From a virus, in the IMG/VR virus record IMGVR_UViG_3300045988_082153, positions 2,240 to 66,239 of that record: DNA of 64,000 nucleotides; one strand, 5' to 3'. Both the position numbers and the translations under genes were made by a program. A model generated the notes under the pieces. The model made no database searches. It was not told the DNA's origin and was given only the letters and a program-made list of their open reading frames with translations. Shown here piece by piece: positions 60,922-64,000 of this stretch; within the stretch, counting starts at the first letter, position 1, and every line of letters starts with the position of its first letter.

Positions 60922-61380
60922 TTATACTTTTAGTTCTGCGTTCAACCCCAACGCCCAAAGGATATGTTGAAGTTCGTGGATGTATTTAATTTTTCGTAAC
61001 AGAGCATAATCGTACAAACTACAATACTTAATGAAAACGACCCAATTACCACTTTTCCGCTCTACCGCCAAATATCTCGCAAGAGAATACTCCTCGTTAT
61101 CAAGAGGCTTTGTATAGTATTCACCAACGGCTTCTTCCTTAAAATCATTTTTGTTGAGTATTTCGGGTGTAACGGGTATGCCTTCGACATTGCAACACCA
61201 AACGCCCCAAGGACCGTCGTCGTCATCGTTGATAGCACTTAGACTGACAACTCCTTTTTTATCATTAAAAACTTTTAGGGGATTTATATCAGAAACAACG
61301 CACATTGTGCCTTTCGGAAACGCGCAATCGCGACTCACCCTTACAAAGTCGCCTGTTCTTAGGTCTTCTGCTTTAATCAT
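60922..61380 (-). CDS. hypothetical protein
   Basis: 152-aa ORF with a 4-nt overlap with the upstream gene. Confidence 0.6.
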   Translation of the reverse strand: MIKAEDLRTGDFVRVSRDCAFPKGTMCVVSDINPLKVFNDKKGVVSLSAINDDDDGPWGVWCCNVEGIPVTPEILNKNDFKEEAVGEYYTKPLDNEEYSLARYLAVERKSGNWVVFIKYCSLYDYALLRKIKYIHELQHILWALGLNAELKV

Positions 61381-61661
61381 TTGTCGCCTCCTTTGTTTTG
61401 GAATGGTTTATCTGGAAGCAAACACCAGTATTTCCACTTGTATTCAGCTTTGTTTGGTACAGGCAATCCCATTTCGTTATACATAGGTGACGGATTGTCA
61501 ATGTTGGCAATTCGCTTACAAGCATTGCGTAACAAGGCTTGGAATTTATCTGTAGCTTCTTTTGTCTTGCGGAATGTTAAACGAGTGAAACCACGTTCGC
61601 TAAGAAGTACTATCTCTTTGTTGAACGGTGGCAATTCGTCTGAAAGTTTAATCCATTTCAT
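61377..61661 (-). CDS. DUF551-like protein
   Basis: MKWIKLSDELPP N-terminal pattern. Confidence 0.5.
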   Translation of the reverse strand: MKWIKLSDELPPFNKEIVLLSERGFTRLTFRKTKEATDKFQALLRNACKRIANIDNPSPMYNEMGLPVPNKAEYKWKYWCLLPDKPFQNKGGDK

Positions 61662-62059
61662 ACTGTACCTCCTTTCTTCACCATTTCGGGATTGTCGTAG
61701 ATGTTTCCAACAACCTCAACATCGCCTTCATAATCGTTGACAACGACTCCGTATAACGACCATGTGCTTGTGCTTACTGGATCGGCATACACTACATCAA
61801 AACAGTAACCGCGAACACCATCAACAACATGACCGATAACTCTGCCATTGTGTGCGAGAATGTCACCGCCATAAATCTCATGGTTGTTCTTGTCTCTTAG
61901 CCCAGTATCCATGCCGAGTGTCTTTTCTTGTATTGTAACGCAGCCATTCTCAAAGTCTGCATATTCAAAAATAGCTGGTTGTCTACCCATCCAAACCAAG
62001 TCACCATGTACCCAACGGCCACTACCAACGGCTTTGCCGCGAAAATCAATTGTTCTCAT
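61658..62059 (-). CDS. YopX-family protein
   Basis: MRTIDFRGKAV..GRWVHGDLV .. EIYGGDIL .. VVGNIYDNPEM. Confidence 0.75.
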   Translation of the reverse strand: MRTIDFRGKAVGSGRWVHGDLVWMGRQPAIFEYADFENGCVTIQEKTLGMDTGLRDKNNHEIYGGDILAHNGRVIGHVVDGVRGYCFDVVYADPVSTSTWSLYGVVVNDYEGDVEVVGNIYDNPEMVKKGGTV

Positions 62060-62441
62060 TGTCTGTCTCTTTCTTTTTTAGTTCTTTGATAAGTGTATCT
62101 GCGAAGCGTATAGCTTCACGGCAGCAGCCTTCGAGAGTCTTATATTCAAAGCCGTTGATTGGCGAGTGGTCAGCTCTTGCCGCATTGCCATCGTCGGTGT
62201 AGATGGCAGGGAGCATGGTCTTTGCTATGTCGTAGCGGCGTTGTTCCCAGTTTACGTTACGGTCAGCTCGCCCCATGTAAGCCCAGTATAAATCAAGGTT
62301 CTTGTCATAGCTATTCTTTGAGTCGAGAATGAAACCGTTAAACTCTGCGACTACACGACTTCCTGATAGTTTGGCGGTGTGTAATACTAATTTGACAGCA
62401 TCTTCAATGCTCGTCATTGATTTAATCTCTATTGTTTCCAT
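62046..62441 (-). CDS. hypothetical protein
   Basis: 131-aa ORF in the operon chain. Confidence 0.6.
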   Translation of the reverse strand: METIEIKSMTSIEDAVKLVLHTAKLSGSRVVAEFNGFILDSKNSYDKNLDLYWAYMGRADRNVNWEQRRYDIAKTMLPAIYTDDGNAARADHSPINGFEYKTLEGCCREAIRFADTLIKELKKKETDNENN

Positions 62442-62444
62442 AAA

Positions 62445-63311
62445 TTATCTTCTACTTTTTCCGGGTAATGGAATTACGTTGTATGTTTTGAAGCGATCCA
62501 CAAGTCGGCCGTAGCCGTCATTGCGCTTGAACCGCTTTTCAAGCTCCTTGTTGTCAAGGTTCGTAGTCAGGTGGGCGAACTTACCGAACTGCGTCCAAAT
62601 CTCGTTGCGAGCGTGAAGGAACTCATCAGTGAGCAACCCGGTGTCCATGCCGAAGAACGTGCGGTCCTGTATGCCGATGTCGTTGAGGCACACATTTTCG
62701 GGTTTGCACTGGAAGCCCTTGCTTTCCTCCTCAAAGTAAGTGAAGCGGTCGAGGTTGTTGTGGATGGTGTAGTAGTTGACCATCTGTGTGACCGACACGT
62801 TGTGAAAGAAGCGAGGGTTCTTAGTGAGCCGCAAATACTCGCTGAATATCTGCATGAGGAGCGTTTTGCCAACACCTACACCGCCCTGTATAAGGAGGTT
62901 CTTGTGTAGCTTGTAGCCACGTTCGGGGAACACTTCTTCAGCCAGAGGGCAGTTATTGAAGTAGAGCAAGAGGAAGCGCAGCACCTGCTTGTTGTCATCG
63001 TCAACGATGAACTTGCGGCGTTGAGGAGCCAGCACAACAGAGTTGGCGATATAGACAAGGAAGCTGGAGTGTGCACTATATACGTTAGGGTCGGCAAGGT
63101 TGTACGCCTGTGCTCTCGCCTTTTCGCTCTCTCGCCGTAGGTTGAGTGCGCATTGGTGCAGGGTGAGCCACGGTGCATCCTTCTCGCGTTCGTTCTTGCG
63201 AAGAACGGAAAGGACGGCAGCGTCCCAGTCTTTGTTGCCGGTAGGCTGACGGCCATACTTGGCAAGTTCTGCGATTAGGCATTGTGGATATTGAGCCATA
63301 GTTTCAGACAT
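62445..63311 (-). CDS. AAA+ ATPase, DnaC/IstB-like helicase-loader candidate
   Basis: Walker A NLLIQGGVGVGKTLLMQIF; Walker B-like VCLNDIG. Confidence 0.7.
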   Translation of the reverse strand: MSETMAQYPQCLIAELAKYGRQPTGNKDWDAAVLSVLRKNEREKDAPWLTLHQCALNLRRESEKARAQAYNLADPNVYSAHSSFLVYIANSVVLAPQRRKFIVDDDNKQVLRFLLLYFNNCPLAEEVFPERGYKLHKNLLIQGGVGVGKTLLMQIFSEYLRLTKNPRFFHNVSVTQMVNYYTIHNNLDRFTYFEEESKGFQCKPENVCLNDIGIQDRTFFGMDTGLLTDEFLHARNEIWTQFGKFAHLTTNLDNKELEKRFKRNDGYGRLVDRFKTYNVIPLPGKSRR

Positions 63312-63317
63312 TAAAGG

Positions 63318-63920
63318 TTAGACATCTTGCCCACCGAAGCCGCCATTGAACTCGTATGACGGAGGTGGCAGCTCTTGTGCGTCTTCCGGCTCGGCATGTG
63401 AAGTGTACGCCTTGCGCATCCACGAACAGAAGTGACGTTTGGCATCATTGATATTGTCGTGAGGTTTACCCTCATACTCGCAACGGCAGTGGTTGAGGAA
63501 GGAGTCGAGGCGTTTGCCAAGCTCGTCCTCGCGTATGTGGAACTGCATACATACCGGTTCGTTCCAAGAACGATCGGCACGCATTTCTTCAATCTCCTGT
63601 TCCAGCGTGAGCGTGTAGCCGGGCGTGACGTTGGGCTTGTCTGAAATGGCAGACGAGACAGCTCTATCCTTAGCAGGGCGACCGCCAAGTTTGCCGAACT
63701 TCTTGCCCTTCTTGCCGCCCTCAGAGCGTGCGTTGTTGGCATCCATCACTGGCTTGATAAGGATGAAGACACCCTTGGCAATGTCGGATAGTCCTTTAGG
63801 CTCCTTTCCGTTAAGGGCATACTCCACGATAGCCGGGTATATCTCGGCCTGTACCTCGGAGGGCATACACTTGATAGCCTCAAGGAAACTGCGATAGAAT
63901 ATAAAACTGTCTCGTGCCAT
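63318..63920 (-). CDS. replication initiation/organiser-like protein
   Basis: ATG at 63920. MARDSFIFYRSFLEAIKCMPSEVQAEIYPAIVEYALNGKEP .. GGKKGKKFGKLGGRP is the pattern of a phage family found upstream of DnaC-like genes. Confidence 0.55.
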   Translation of the reverse strand: MARDSFIFYRSFLEAIKCMPSEVQAEIYPAIVEYALNGKEPKGLSDIAKGVFILIKPVMDANNARSEGGKKGKKFGKLGGRPAKDRAVSSAISDKPNVTPGYTLTLEQEIEEMRADRSWNEPVCMQFHIREDELGKRLDSFLNHCRCEYEGKPHDNINDAKRHFCSWMRKAYTSHAEPEDAQELPPPSYEFNGGFGGQDV

Positions 63921-63925
63921 ATAAA

Positions 63926-64000
63926 TCAAACCTCTTTAATGCGGATGCCATGCACATGCAGCATGAGTTTCCGCTTGATGATATACTCCTTTGTTCTGAC
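63926..64000 (-). CDS. C-terminal 24 codons of a gene entering from the right edge
   Basis: Hand translation ..VRTKEYIIKRKLMLHVHGIRIKEV*. The frame is open to nt 64000. Confidence 0.35.
   Translation of the reverse strand, partial: VRTKEYIIKRKLMLHVHGIRIKEV

Larger units (their letters stand above)
1..64000. mobile_element. Temperate phage genome segment (Bacteroidota-type); vegetative/circular order rather than a prophage end
   Basis: Integrase, repressor, RecT, portal, large terminase, capsid, tail fibre and lysis genes are all present. Phage genes lie on both sides of the integrase. No housekeeping genes are seen. Confidence 0.85.

Overview
The window is gene-dense (about 60 CDS) and looks like most of a temperate phage genome from a Bacteroidota host. 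Host assignment rests on a Bacteroidota-type tyrosine integrase, TAnnTTTG -7 promoter boxes, few Shine-Dalgarno sites and lipobox lipoproteins. No host housekeeping genes are present.

Layout:
- 1-5569 (-): early/recombination operon with an SNF2 helicase (partial), a RecE-like PD-(D/E)XK exonuclease, a DnaJ-type zinc-finger protein, a coiled-coil protein, RecT, an Xis-like HTH and small membrane/lipoproteins.
- 5570-8907: immunity/integration region with an XRE repressor, a lipoprotein, an acidic protein, an ORF-free structured region and the integrase.
- 8908-9600: non-coding palindrome array.
- 9601-11763: small virion/packaging candidates.
- 11763-31685: one 6,640-aa polyvalent ORF carrying a ParB-like motif, an N6-adenine methyltransferase, an SNF2 helicase, an HExxH zincin and a MuF_C-like segment.
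- 31744-40164: portal, an inverted terminase cassette, scaffold, major capsid and connector candidates.
- 40164-48386: a 2,740-aa tail fibre.
- 48244-50899: a complete diversity-generating retroelement (DGR). A RelE/Gp49-like toxin plus XRE antitoxin pair sits where Avd normally lies.
- 51562-53608: lysis cassette.
- 53610-55227: three tandem paralogs.
- 55327-58562 (-): a 956-aa protein with an AbrB-like partner.
- 58805-64000 (-): early/replication genes (ASCH, DUF551-like, YopX, DnaC-like ATPase, replication organiser-like).

The most notable items are the atypical DGR cassette, the giant polyvalent protein, and a short module shared between a lysogeny-side lipoprotein and the N-terminus of the giant protein.

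All family assignments come from motifs read by eye. No database search was run.
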